Shown here: piece after piece, positions 37,966-47,144 of the stretch | Layout: each line of letters opens with the position of its first letter | Numbering within the stretch: the first letter of the stretch is position 1 | DNA from: Chloroflexota bacterium | GTDB taxonomy: Bacteria > Chloroflexota > UBA11872 > VXOZ01 | DNA: 64,000 bases | Assembly (NCBI GenBank): GCA_965220175.1 | Contig: OZ244814.1 | Coordinates: 1,735,045-1,799,044 of the forward strand | Reading direction: 5' to 3' | Program-made: the position numbers and the translations under genes | The notes under the pieces: generated by a model | The model's database searches: none | Told to the model about the DNA's origin: nothing | Seen by the model: the letters and a program-made list of their open reading frames with translations, nothing else

Positions 37966-40881
37966 GTGACGCAAAGACGATTCCAGCGGCTTGGCGAACT
38001 TGCAGTTTCAATTGGAGAACCGGTCTCCAGCGCCGGTAACCTTCCCATCCACTTGGACGATCCGGGTTCTGCCTGGTTCGTAGAGCGAGGCGCACTGGAT
38101 GTGTTTCTTTTCGAGTACCAGGATGAAGTGCCCATCTCTCGCTCGAAGCACATTCTCCGAGCTGAGCGCGGCCGGATGGTATTTGGAGTTGGAAAGTGCG
38201 GAATCTTCGCGGCGGTCGCCAAGGGCAGCCCGGGTTGCATGCTGCGGCGCGTAAGCATCGACCGTGTCCTCCAATATGAAATCGTAGACCAGTTGGCCGG
38301 TCAGATCGATGCGTGGGTCGCGGATTTCGCAGCCGCAGTGGCACTTCAGATTGAACCGCGCCCTCGACCCGACCTATTGCTTGATCACAGAGTGCCTGCC
38401 GAAGCGCTCGACGCAGCGGACGGCACAGTGGTGTCGAGCCGGCCTGGTGGGGTGGTGTGGGTCAATGTAGGCAATGCCGACGCGGCCTACTTGGGGACGG
38501 AAGAGCGAGACTCCGCGGGCGCCGGCGTGATACCGGTGACGTCCGATACCTGGCTCACGCTGCAGAGCCCGGCGCAAGTCTCGGGCAAGACGTCCCGCGC
38601 GTTGTGCATGGACGGGATACTGCTTGCGGCTCTCACCGACTTTCACCGGCTTGTCCTCGGAGCCGAGAAGATCAACCGCCTCTTGCTGCTGGCCGACGAG
38701 GCAAACGAGCAGACCGCCCTCGCCTTACATCGGCAACGTGACGAGGAACGTGCGAGACAGGGCCTCTTTGGCGTCCTTGGTTCCTCCCAGGCGGCGGTAG
38801 AAGAAAGCAACTCCGCGCTTTTGGCGGCCCTGCGCATCATTGGTGAACGAGAAGGCATTGCGTTTCAGGCTCCAACTCGCCGGCGGACATCGGATGGTGA
38901 GGAATTCGCTCTACAGGAAATCCTGGAAACATCGGGTGTGCGCAGCCGCAAGGTAAATTTGACGGCAGATGAATGCTGGTGGCTAGGAGACAGCGGCGCA
39001 ATGCTGGGCTTTCGGCGCGAGGACGGACATCCAATCGCGCTGCTACCGAGTGAAAGTGGGCGCTATAGGGCGCTGGACCCGATTTCCGGAGATTCTACCC
39101 GCCTCAATGCAGGCCGGGCAGCCGCAATTCACCACGACGCTTGGCAGTTCTACCGCTCCTTCCCGGTTGACCGTCCGGTAGGTACCCAGGACATTCTGGC
39201 ACTAGCCGCTAGGGGTGTGTCCGGTGACCTTATGCGGTTTGCGGGGGCCGGCCTCATCGCGAGCGTACTCGCCTTAGCTCCCGCGCTTGCGATCGGGCTT
39301 CTGGCGGACTCGATTCTGCCCGCGGCAAGCATCGGCATGTTAGTCCAGATTACAATCGCTCTCATCGTTCTTGCGGTTGTGGGCACGTTCCTGCAGATGC
39401 TGCGGGGGACGGCCATGATGCGGCTGGAAGCACGTGCCGTTGCGCGGGTGAGCGCGGCACTCTGGGACCGCTTGCTGTTGCTCCCTCCAAGTTTCTTCAG
39501 AGGCTTTACTGCAGGCGACCTCGCCGTGCGCATGGCGGCAATCCAAGTGCTGCGCGACCAGGTTTCGGGCGTGGTTGCCAACGCCGTAATCTCGTTTGCT
39601 TTTCTGCTCCCGTTGCTCATCATCCTCTTTATCTATGACACCGCTTTGGCATGGTTGATTCTCGGCACCGGGATGGTCTCGCTTGCCGTTACTCTGGTGT
39701 TCGGTCTCTTGCAAATTGGACCACAGCGTCGACTCTATGCCGTCTCCAGACGTCTCACCGGCGAGCTGTTCCAATATGTAAACGGCATCAGCAAGCTCCG
39801 GTCGGCCGGGGCCGAAGCGTCGGCGTTTGCGTCGTGGGCGCGGGGCTACCGCGAACAGCAGGTGGCGCAACTACAGATAGGCAAGCTCAATGAACACCTG
39901 GTCGCGTATAGCGCGGCGATTCCCGCTCTCATGGCTGCCGCCATCTTCGGCGTTGCCCTGTGGCAGGGCATTGACCGGCTCGAATTGGGGAGTTTTCTCG
40001 TCGTCTATGCGGTTTCCATCCAGTTCTATACAGCAGTAATCGGACTGGGCTACTCATTTGAGGTCATGGCGGCAGTCTTGCCGGGCTACGAACAGATTAA
40101 GCCGGTGACAACCGCCGTTCCTGACGGCCGCGGGGCTCACCGCGCGTCCGTCGAACTCAGCGGCGAAGTGCGATTCGACCACGTGAGTTTCCAATACGCC
40201 AAGGAAGGTCCGCGGATCATCGATGAAGTCTCTGTGCGCGCGCGTCCCGGCGAGTTCATCGCCATCGTCGGTGAATCAGGCGCAGGCAAAAGTACACTGG
40301 TGCGCCTGGCGCTGGGGCTTGAAGTCCCAACAGCGGGGGGAATCTACTATGACGGTCGCGACCTTGCCCATCTCAATCGACGGGCCGTGCGCCGCCAGAT
40401 AGGTGTCGTGACCCAGGATGGCGCCCTCAGGCCCGGCAACCTCCTGGACAACATCATCGGTCTTGGGGACGATTTGACGATCGATGACGCTTGGCGCGCG
40501 GCCAAACTTGCCGCCGTGGATGGCGACATCGCCGCTATGCCCATGCAGATGTTTACCGCGGTAGGCGACAGAGCGTCCACCTTCTCCGGCGGGCAAATTC
40601 AACGCATCAGGATTGCGGCAGCCCTCGTGCGGGAACCGCGCATTGTCTTTCTGGATGAGGCCACGAGTTGGCTCGACGCCAAGAGCCAGGCCCAGGTCAT
40701 GGAAGGCATTGAGAAGCTCGCCGCCACCCGCATAGTCATCGCCCACCGGCTCTCCACTATCCGCAAGGCGCAGCGCATCTACGTGCTTCACCAGGGAAGG
40801 GTGGTACAGGAGGGCAGCTTCATCGAGCTCTTCCAGACGGAAGGCCTCTTTCGAGACCTGGTGCAACGGCAAATGACGTAA
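37966..40881 (+). CDS. ABC transporter ATP-binding/permease with ~420-aa N-terminal cNMP-binding-like extension (ABC2)
   Basis: N-terminal beta-roll-like segment (FVERGALDVFLFEY...RGRMVFGVG), 6 TM, Walker A GESGAGKST, signature FSGGQIQR, Walker B IVFLDEATS; no C39 domain. Confidence 0.8.
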   Translation: MTQRRFQRLGELAVSIGEPVSSAGNLPIHLDDPGSAWFVERGALDVFLFEYQDEVPISRSKHILRAERGRMVFGVGKCGIFAAVAKGSPGCMLRRVSIDRVLQYEIVDQLAGQIDAWVADFAAAVALQIEPRPRPDLLLDHRVPAEALDAADGTVVSSRPGGVVWVNVGNADAAYLGTEERDSAGAGVIPVTSDTWLTLQSPAQVSGKTSRALCMDGILLAALTDFHRLVLGAEKINRLLLLADEANEQTALALHRQRDEERARQGLFGVLGSSQAAVEESNSALLAALRIIGEREGIAFQAPTRRRTSDGEEFALQEILETSGVRSRKVNLTADECWWLGDSGAMLGFRREDGHPIALLPSESGRYRALDPISGDSTRLNAGRAAAIHHDAWQFYRSFPVDRPVGTQDILALAARGVSGDLMRFAGAGLIASVLALAPALAIGLLADSILPAASIGMLVQITIALIVLAVVGTFLQMLRGTAMMRLEARAVARVSAALWDRLLLLPPSFFRGFTAGDLAVRMAAIQVLRDQVSGVVANAVISFAFLLPLLIILFIYDTALAWLILGTGMVSLAVTLVFGLLQIGPQRRLYAVSRRLTGELFQYVNGISKLRSAGAEASAFASWARGYREQQVAQLQIGKLNEHLVAYSAAIPALMAAAIFGVALWQGIDRLELGSFLVVYAVSIQFYTAVIGLGYSFEVMAAVLPGYEQIKPVTTAVPDGRGAHRASVELSGEVRFDHVSFQYAKEGPRIIDEVSVRARPGEFIAIVGESGAGKSTLVRLALGLEVPTAGGIYYDGRDLAHLNRRAVRRQIGVVTQDGALRPGNLLDNIIGLGDDLTIDDAWRAAKLAAVDGDIAAMPMQMFTAVGDRASTFSGGQIQRIRIAAALVREPRIVFLDEATSWLDAKSQAQVMEGIEKLAATRIVIAHRLSTIRKAQRIYVLHQGRVVQEGSFIELFQTEGLFRDLVQRQMT

Positions 40882-41091
40882 TTGGACAGTCTGTGAACAC
40901 TGCTGGGCAACACGACAAGTGGCCACTGTGCCAGCACTCGAGGTCGCGAATTGGACTTTCAGATTACGCGGCGCCAAGTTGCCAAAGCCGTAAGCAGCGC
41001 CTGCGCCGCATAACGCATGGAGCCATTTGGTGAGCGGGTGCGCGGTTCACTGCCAATGCGTCCGCGTCAGCCTACGTTGAAGGCACGTATA

Positions 41092-42927
41092 TTAGGCCGT
41101 TACCTTGAGACACAAGGTCACGGGTGTGCCGGCGGCAAGGTCCACCGTGGCGGCACGTTGGCGTCGACTTTCGAGCGTTACCTGCCGGATGGGCAGCGCC
41201 GCACCTGAACTCTTGTCATTCACGGAGGCAACACTGTCAGGCAGCAGCAACGAAAGCTCGGAGATGTTGGCGCCGGATTCCAGCGTGATGAAGTGGGAGT
41301 CGCCTTGGGCATAGGACTCGGTCAGGCGCACGCCCGCGCGGGCGCGGGAGAAACTGGAGTAGTTCTCCTGGTTTTCGAAGCGGCAGCCGGCTGCAATTGC
41401 CCCTTCCATGCCCAGCTCCAGGGCGTGGCGCGAGGCTCTGACGTGGTCCTGGGGCCCGGCAGCGTAGACCGGATGGAAGTTCGCGATCTGCATCACGTGC
41501 CAGCGGGTGGCCGCGGATTCGGCAAAGCGGGCGAGTTCCACGCCGTATTCCTCTGACGTGAGGCCCACCATGCCTTCGGCGCGGTCGGGTGTCTCGGCCA
41601 TTGGCCCAGCCAGCAGGTCCTCGTGCCGGCCGATGGTCTGGCTCTCGTCCCATTGGGCGGGCATATGCCACATTTCCGTCAGACCCACGCCGTGCTGGAA
41701 ATACGGCATGCAGAGGCCGGTGCCGATCATGTAGGGGCCGTAATTCTTGTCGCGCCGCATGCGGGGGTCGTGGGAAGCAAAGTGGGTCGGCGTATACCAG
41801 CCGAAGTCCAACATGATTTGTATGAGCGGATAGCCCGTCCACTGGCAGCCGTGGCTGCAAATGGTCTCCACGTCGAGGCCGGTTTCGCGGCGAAATACGT
41901 CCCAAGATTCCTGCAGGTTGGCGCGTAACGCCGGTAGGTAATTCTCGTTCAGGTCCTCCGGCGTGCGGCCGTAGCGTACCTGGGCGCCGTTCTCTTCTAT
42001 GGCGTACTGGGTGATGCTGGTCAAGTCCACTTCGATTGACACGGCATGACCGCGCGCGTGCCACTCTTTCATCAAGTCGCCGTGATAGCGGCTGAACGGC
42101 GCCCGGTAGAAGGTAAGCAGCGCGTCGTACGATTCCACAATGTCCACGAGCACGGGCGCGCCACTTTCGCCGCAGCCGTCACCCTTAATGAACCACAGCG
42201 CCGGCGCCGCGTCGGGGAAGTACCACAGGCGCGGCAGCGGTGTGTCCGACAGCGCTTCCGCCACCAGGGTCCGGAGGATGTCCTGATGGACGTCCGCCAC
42301 CGGGATATCCCGGGTGGTCTTCTCTGAGAGAGCAAAGAAACTGTAGAGGTGGCGCGGGCCTTTCAGCGGTCCCATGTCGCGCAGGGGACGTTCGTGTAAG
42401 TCGCCGTCTCCGTGTCGAAAGTTGACAACAGCCTGGCAAAGGTCGTAGCCGTAGAGCCAGGCCTTGCCCTCGCCCAGATAAGCCTCAACGATGCCGGGGC
42501 CAATAAGGTTGTCCTCAGCATCTCGCAGCTCCGCGACCGTCTCGCCGCCGTTCAAGGGCTGAGATATCTCATCCGGGCAGAGCAGCGGCAGGCTCCCATG
42601 TTCCCATCGTGGGAGCTGCCGGACTGCAAGCCACGCGTCCGTCACCGGCTCGCCTGCCGTGATGCCGAAGGCGCCTAGCAGAGCGGGATCGGGAGCCAAG
42701 GCGATAAGCGAAGTGCCGCCGGCCACCGCCGCAGCCAGCCGCTCCGCTGACTCGTTGCTCAGACCGCTGCCGGCGATAACAATGAGTGCTACGTCCGGCG
42801 GCGGGTCTTCGAAGTCGGCCGCAGCTTGCGCATCCAGCCAGGGAAATCCCTCACAGCGGAGGATTTCCGCACTCACCGGGGTAGTAAGCGCATCGTCGGC
42901 ATACAGGAGCAGGATGGGCTGATTCAT
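41092..42927 (-). CDS. hypothetical protein (612 aa; N-terminal flavodoxin/ThuA-like alpha/beta region, C-terminal unknown)
   Basis: no diagnostic motif recognised; start placed at MNQPILLLYADD (cat 42925-42927) 10 nt after C45 gene stop. Confidence 0.45.
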   Translation of the reverse strand: MNQPILLLYADDALTTPVSAEILRCEGFPWLDAQAAADFEDPPPDVALIVIAGSGLSNESAERLAAAVAGGTSLIALAPDPALLGAFGITAGEPVTDAWLAVRQLPRWEHGSLPLLCPDEISQPLNGGETVAELRDAEDNLIGPGIVEAYLGEGKAWLYGYDLCQAVVNFRHGDGDLHERPLRDMGPLKGPRHLYSFFALSEKTTRDIPVADVHQDILRTLVAEALSDTPLPRLWYFPDAAPALWFIKGDGCGESGAPVLVDIVESYDALLTFYRAPFSRYHGDLMKEWHARGHAVSIEVDLTSITQYAIEENGAQVRYGRTPEDLNENYLPALRANLQESWDVFRRETGLDVETICSHGCQWTGYPLIQIMLDFGWYTPTHFASHDPRMRRDKNYGPYMIGTGLCMPYFQHGVGLTEMWHMPAQWDESQTIGRHEDLLAGPMAETPDRAEGMVGLTSEEYGVELARFAESAATRWHVMQIANFHPVYAAGPQDHVRASRHALELGMEGAIAAGCRFENQENYSSFSRARAGVRLTESYAQGDSHFITLESGANISELSLLLPDSVASVNDKSSGAALPIRQVTLESRRQRAATVDLAAGTPVTLCLKVTA

Positions 42928-42937
42928 AGCAGATTCC

Positions 42938-43999
42938 TCAGTTTCTAACTGCGGTTGCCTGGGCATCGAAGATGAACACTTCAAGATCATTCTGGCAAGG
43001 GTAACCGTCACTCGCGAGCAATGTGCGGTCGCGAGGGATGGCTATCAGGCCAAACGCACTATGCATTGGCCCGTGCTGGCACATTGAGACCGGGTCGGCG
43101 TGGGCGCGTGCGATGCGCGCGACTTGCTCCAGGGTATGGGGTTCTTCCTGGGTGAGCTCTGCCAGCAGCGCCCAGCGGCCTTCAGTGTTGGCGCGAAAGT
43201 CAGCGTTTGTTCGACTGTCGACGTCCTGCATTTCAGGCGTCACATAGTGGTTCGCGCACCAGATGGCGTCGCCTTCCATCCGCCGCACCGCCATGCGGGT
43301 GGCTGACCTTTCTACCACTACCGCGTTCTCCGCCGGATCGGTGAGCATGATGTTCATGCCGTGGTTCATGACCGGCGTACTCTCGCAGAGGGCGATGCCT
43401 TCTTCCACGTCGGCGCAGTACTGCAAGAGGTAGCGCTGCAGGAGATTAGTTGGGATGCCATTCTCCCAATCCTGGTCGGAATTCATGATGCTGCTGCCGC
43501 CAAAGGTCAGGCCGGTGTCGTTGACGCCCGGCCCCATCCAGGGCGCGCCCGGACCGGAGACGCAGATGAAGGGGTGGCCCTTATCGGGTCTGATGTCCCA
43601 GAAGACGTAGGTGCCGATGGAATCCTTGCCCACGTCATTGGACTTGTAGTGCACGACACCGTGCTCGTCGGTGCGCAGGGCTACGTTCGTGCAGCCTACG
43701 GCGGTGCGCCCGACCTCCATGCAAGATGCGTATGCCAGAATGTCATCGCGCTGTAGTCCCGCGCCGTCGGCGATACCCTGCATTTCCTCAAGCGATTCAG
43801 GAAAGACTCGCTCGACGTTGCGCGCCATTTGTTGGACAACACGTTCGCGATGGGCAGCGTCGATTTGCCTCCCAAAGACCACGTTCTCGATTGCGGAATT
43901 CACGGCTGCGGCACAGGTAGTGCCATGCTGCAATCCCATTTCGTAAGGAGTGCCGGATAACTCAACGCGGCGCATGGCTTCGTAATCCTTTACTAGCAT
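42938..43999 (-). CDS. C45-family Ntn-hydrolase / acyl-CoA:6-aminopenicillanic-acid-acyltransferase-like protein
   Basis: Gly-Cys autoproteolytic site context (RTAVGCTNVAL) with Cys nucleophile, overall length and secondary pattern of linear-amide C-N hydrolase / IAT family. Confidence 0.6.
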   Translation of the reverse strand: MLVKDYEAMRRVELSGTPYEMGLQHGTTCAAAVNSAIENVVFGRQIDAAHRERVVQQMARNVERVFPESLEEMQGIADGAGLQRDDILAYASCMEVGRTAVGCTNVALRTDEHGVVHYKSNDVGKDSIGTYVFWDIRPDKGHPFICVSGPGAPWMGPGVNDTGLTFGGSSIMNSDQDWENGIPTNLLQRYLLQYCADVEEGIALCESTPVMNHGMNIMLTDPAENAVVVERSATRMAVRRMEGDAIWCANHYVTPEMQDVDSRTNADFRANTEGRWALLAELTQEEPHTLEQVARIARAHADPVSMCQHGPMHSAFGLIAIPRDRTLLASDGYPCQNDLEVFIFDAQATAVRN

Positions 44000-44143
44000 T
44001 CACAGTGTGCGGTCCATTGCACACTGGGCCTGCTGCTGAAATGCGATTTTGTTCGGGTCTCTCACCCTCACGCCGGCCCTCTCCCTCGGGGAGAGGATGC
44101 AGACGGAGAGTTCGGCAATGCGAAAGCATGCATTGGCACGATA

Positions 44144-45109
44144 CTATGCGTGTCGGATGCGCTCGAAGTAGTTGCACGGGATGATGTTTAGCGGCCCAAA
44201 ACGGCGCTCGATTTCGTCGTAGAAGAGGTTTATGCCCAGGTTGTCCGCCGCGGCATGCGGCAGGCGCACCACCGAAACGCCGACTTCCTTTGCCGCGCTC
44301 GCCACGGCCGCGGACGCCCCAATCTGCAGCACGGTGTTGATCCCGGCCTTAGCGAACAGTGGTTGTGCTGCCGGCGGCCAAAGCCACCCACCGGCATCTT
44401 GGATGATGTAACGGCCCAATGGCGTATCCGGTTCTCCCGCGAGTACCAAAGAGTACGCGCCGTGGCGCGCGGCGCCCTGGAATTCCGGAATCGTCATCAG
44501 CGCTTCTTCAGCGTCGGCGAGTGTCTGCGGCTGCAGCTCGTCGAATACCTGCTTAATGCCTACACCGATATAGAGATCCTGGGGTGTGTGAATCTGCACA
44601 AAGGGGATTTCAAAGAGCCGCGCCATATCCGGACCCATGCGGTGCGGCATGTCGTCGTAGCCGGTGCGCCAATCATCTATCCACGGCAATAAGACCTTTT
44701 CCGCCTCTTTGCGCGGTACACCCTCACGGACAAAGATGTCGATGTTGATGAGGGTGATGTCGTCAATATGCGAACGGCCGATGCCCGTGCCGCTCGTATG
44801 GTGGGCAATGATGGCGTCGAGCGGCACGCCCTTGTCCTTGAGGCGGTCGGCAATGAGGAATTCGTCCGTGCCGATGTTGATGCCCGCGAGGGCGGTGTAG
44901 ACCTCAGCATCTTCGGGGCCGTTGACGATACGCACGTCGCCGTAGGGATTACGCAGGCGCTCGTGGTCGAAGTACGGCTTCTTCCACTCAGGCAAGGCTT
45001 CGAATTCTTGCTGGCGACGCGCAAGTTCAGCGTCAAGGGTCTCTTGACTGCGGGGATCGAGGGCGATGCCGAGTTCTATGGCGGCTTCGTAGAGTTCGCG
45101 GACAGTCAT
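44144..45109 (-). CDS. Nif3-like (DUF34) dinuclear-metal-centre protein, with N-terminal extension
   Basis: GVPLDAIIAHHTSG resembles the conserved Nif3/YbgI A-D-A-V-I-V-H-H motif; C-terminal LPHAAADNLG weakly matches second His cluster. Confidence 0.4.
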   Translation of the reverse strand: MTVRELYEAAIELGIALDPRSQETLDAELARRQQEFEALPEWKKPYFDHERLRNPYGDVRIVNGPEDAEVYTALAGINIGTDEFLIADRLKDKGVPLDAIIAHHTSGTGIGRSHIDDITLINIDIFVREGVPRKEAEKVLLPWIDDWRTGYDDMPHRMGPDMARLFEIPFVQIHTPQDLYIGVGIKQVFDELQPQTLADAEEALMTIPEFQGAARHGAYSLVLAGEPDTPLGRYIIQDAGGWLWPPAAQPLFAKAGINTVLQIGASAAVASAAKEVGVSVVRLPHAAADNLGINLFYDEIERRFGPLNIIPCNYFERIRHA

Positions 45110-45266
45110 TGAGATGCCTCGGTGAGAGTGAATGGAAAGTGTGATTCTTCGGCCTCAAATGCGACCGGCGGCCGAAGTCCAAGCCATTTACGATATGGGT
45201 GCGACTCAGGAGAATCTAGTTTTGAGTGCTAGCGGCTTTCTCAGTGAGATTCGGTGACACAATTCG

Positions 45267-45299
45267 CCGTCATTCCCGCGAAAGCGGGAATCCATCTTT
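45267..45299. repeat. dispersed palindromic repeat, family 2, copy 2
   Basis: ccgtcattcccgcgaaagcgggaatccatcttt; 32/33 identical to 28756-28788. Confidence 0.5.
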
Positions 45300-45528
45300 G
45301 TCACGCCCACCCCGGATTCCGGCGTTCGCTAGAGCTACGAGCAGGATGCCAGCCGCTGTTTTTATTCCTCTGCGCGGCCTAGGCAAGGCAACAAAGATTC
45401 CTGCCAATACAGGAATCGCCCGCATTGCACGCACGCAGTCTTAACAGGAAACAACCTTCGCTATGATTCTAGATTCCTCGCTACGCTCGGAATGACTGGA
45501 TATGTTACCGTCTTCGGGTTCTGCGGAA

Positions 45529-45562
45529 TGCGTTGGAGGGGTGCGCCTTGGCGCACCCCTCC
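45529..45562 (-). terminator. 16-bp perfect palindrome immediately downstream of SBP gene stop
   Basis: gttggaggggtgcgcc-tt-ggcgcacccctccaac; 10 nt after the minus-strand stop at 45573; no U-tract. Confidence 0.45.
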
Positions 45563-45572
45563 AACAATCTGG

Positions 45573-46949
45573 CTACTTCCAGTCGTCCGGTCGCTGTGCG
45601 AAGAGTTCGTTGACAGCGTCGGCTGACGTTTTCATAGCTTCCTGTACCGTGCTCTCACCGGTGTACATCGGTTGGAGATGCTGGTTCGCGGTTGTCCAGA
45701 ATTCGCCGGTTTCCGGCGTCAGGAAGAAGTCGCGTCCATCATCCCGCCAGTGATCCAGGACGATATCCCAGTCCATGCCCGGGTAGTTGTCCAGGAACAC
45801 GTTGGCCGATGCAAAGAGGCCGGGGAAAGCGTGTACGGCGTAGAGGTCTTGTGCTTCCTTCTGGGACAGCACGTGGAAGACCTCCCAAGCCTCGTCGGGA
45901 ACCTCGGTGAGCGCCATGATGCTCCAGGCATTGCTGCCGGTGGCCGGGCTGCGGGTGCCCGCCGGCCCGGTACCGATCGGGGCAATGCCCAGCCGGTCGC
46001 CGAGCACCTCATAGGCGCCTTTGAGCGGAATGAGCGTGATCTGCGACATGGCGAAAATGCCGGTGCCGATGTGACGGCCGCCGCCGCCTTGCTTACGCAA
46101 TTCGGCTCGCTCATCGCCCCAGGGCACTACACGGTGCTTGAGGATCATGTCCACGTACATCTGAGCGCCGGCGATGGCGTTCTGATCTTCGCCGTAGAGG
46201 GCTTGATCGCGGGCCTCATTGAGTACTTGGCCGCCATGGTCGAGCACGAAGCTGCCCAGATTGACCTCCAAGGAGGCATAGCCGAAGTTATAGCCCCACT
46301 GGGTAGTCTGGTCGCCGGTCTGCTTCGTCATCTGGGTGGCGCCGTCGAGCAACTGCTCCAAGGTCGTGCCCATCTGCGGATACGGGACGCCTTCGTTGTC
46401 GAAGATTTCCTTGTTGAAGTAGATGGCGTCGCCGCCGCCGAGGAAGGCCAAGCCGTACATGATGCCATTGACGTCCCAGGAAGAGGAGTCAAGGTAGTCA
46501 TCGCGGGAAACGCCGTCGCGCTTCATGTAGTCGCTGATCGGCAGGAACATGCCTTGGCGCGCGCCGGCCTGCACCCAGTTGATCTGGTTCACGACGACGT
46601 CGTACGTGGTTGTGCCGGCGACGAACTCGGTGCGGATCTTCTCCAGGAAGTTCTCCGTGACGATCTCGAGTTTAGTCTCAATATTCTCTAGGGAGTTGTT
46701 GCAGACTTCCGCCATTTCCCGCAGGGTCTTGTTGCGATGCTCCTGCAGGTCGTAGCAAGCCCATACCACTTCTACGACTTCTGCCTCTGGCGCTGCTTCC
46801 GCTTCCTTCGGCGCCTCCTTCTCCTCCATCATCTCGCCGCTATCCGCGACTGGCACGGCTCCGCAGGCTGCGGCGAAGGCGGCGCCGGTGAGACCGGCGA
46901 CACCGCCGAGGAAACGCCGTCGTGTGGTAAATCCATTGCCCATAGACAT
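45573..46949 (-). CDS. ABC transporter substrate-binding lipoprotein (family-1 SBP) with Tat signal
   Basis: MSMGNGFTTRRRFLGGVAGLTGAAFAAACG twin-arginine motif plus lipobox Cys; sugar-type SBP fold length; GGGAGG RBS. Confidence 0.8.
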   Translation of the reverse strand: MSMGNGFTTRRRFLGGVAGLTGAAFAAACGAVPVADSGEMMEEKEAPKEAEAAPEAEVVEVVWACYDLQEHRNKTLREMAEVCNNSLENIETKLEIVTENFLEKIRTEFVAGTTTYDVVVNQINWVQAGARQGMFLPISDYMKRDGVSRDDYLDSSSWDVNGIMYGLAFLGGGDAIYFNKEIFDNEGVPYPQMGTTLEQLLDGATQMTKQTGDQTTQWGYNFGYASLEVNLGSFVLDHGGQVLNEARDQALYGEDQNAIAGAQMYVDMILKHRVVPWGDERAELRKQGGGGRHIGTGIFAMSQITLIPLKGAYEVLGDRLGIAPIGTGPAGTRSPATGSNAWSIMALTEVPDEAWEVFHVLSQKEAQDLYAVHAFPGLFASANVFLDNYPGMDWDIVLDHWRDDGRDFFLTPETGEFWTTANQHLQPMYTGESTVQEAMKTSADAVNELFAQRPDDWK

Positions 46950-47144
46950 AGCTTGTGACCTCCCGTGGTCTCCTGTTCTTGTGCCGACTAGGCTGTCGGA
47001 CACACTCGGATTACATCACCTTGGGTCTCTGGCGGGCGCTTGCTTGATCACTCAATCGCCCTCCTTTCTCACTGCTCTGCCCGCTCGATGCGCCGTATGG
47101 GAGAGGGAGCCCCTGCTCCCGTCCCGCGGTCAATTGGGTGTCAA

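Noticed and set aside
41237-42064. 275-aa minus-strand ORF (Arg/Pro-rich) inside the 612-aa gene
   Set aside because: Alternative frame of the longer ORF; extreme Arg/Pro/Gly content characteristic of GC-rich off-frame translation.
45672-46691. 339-aa + strand ORF
   Set aside because: Antisense to the Tat-SBP gene, which has signal peptide, lipobox and RBS; no motif.
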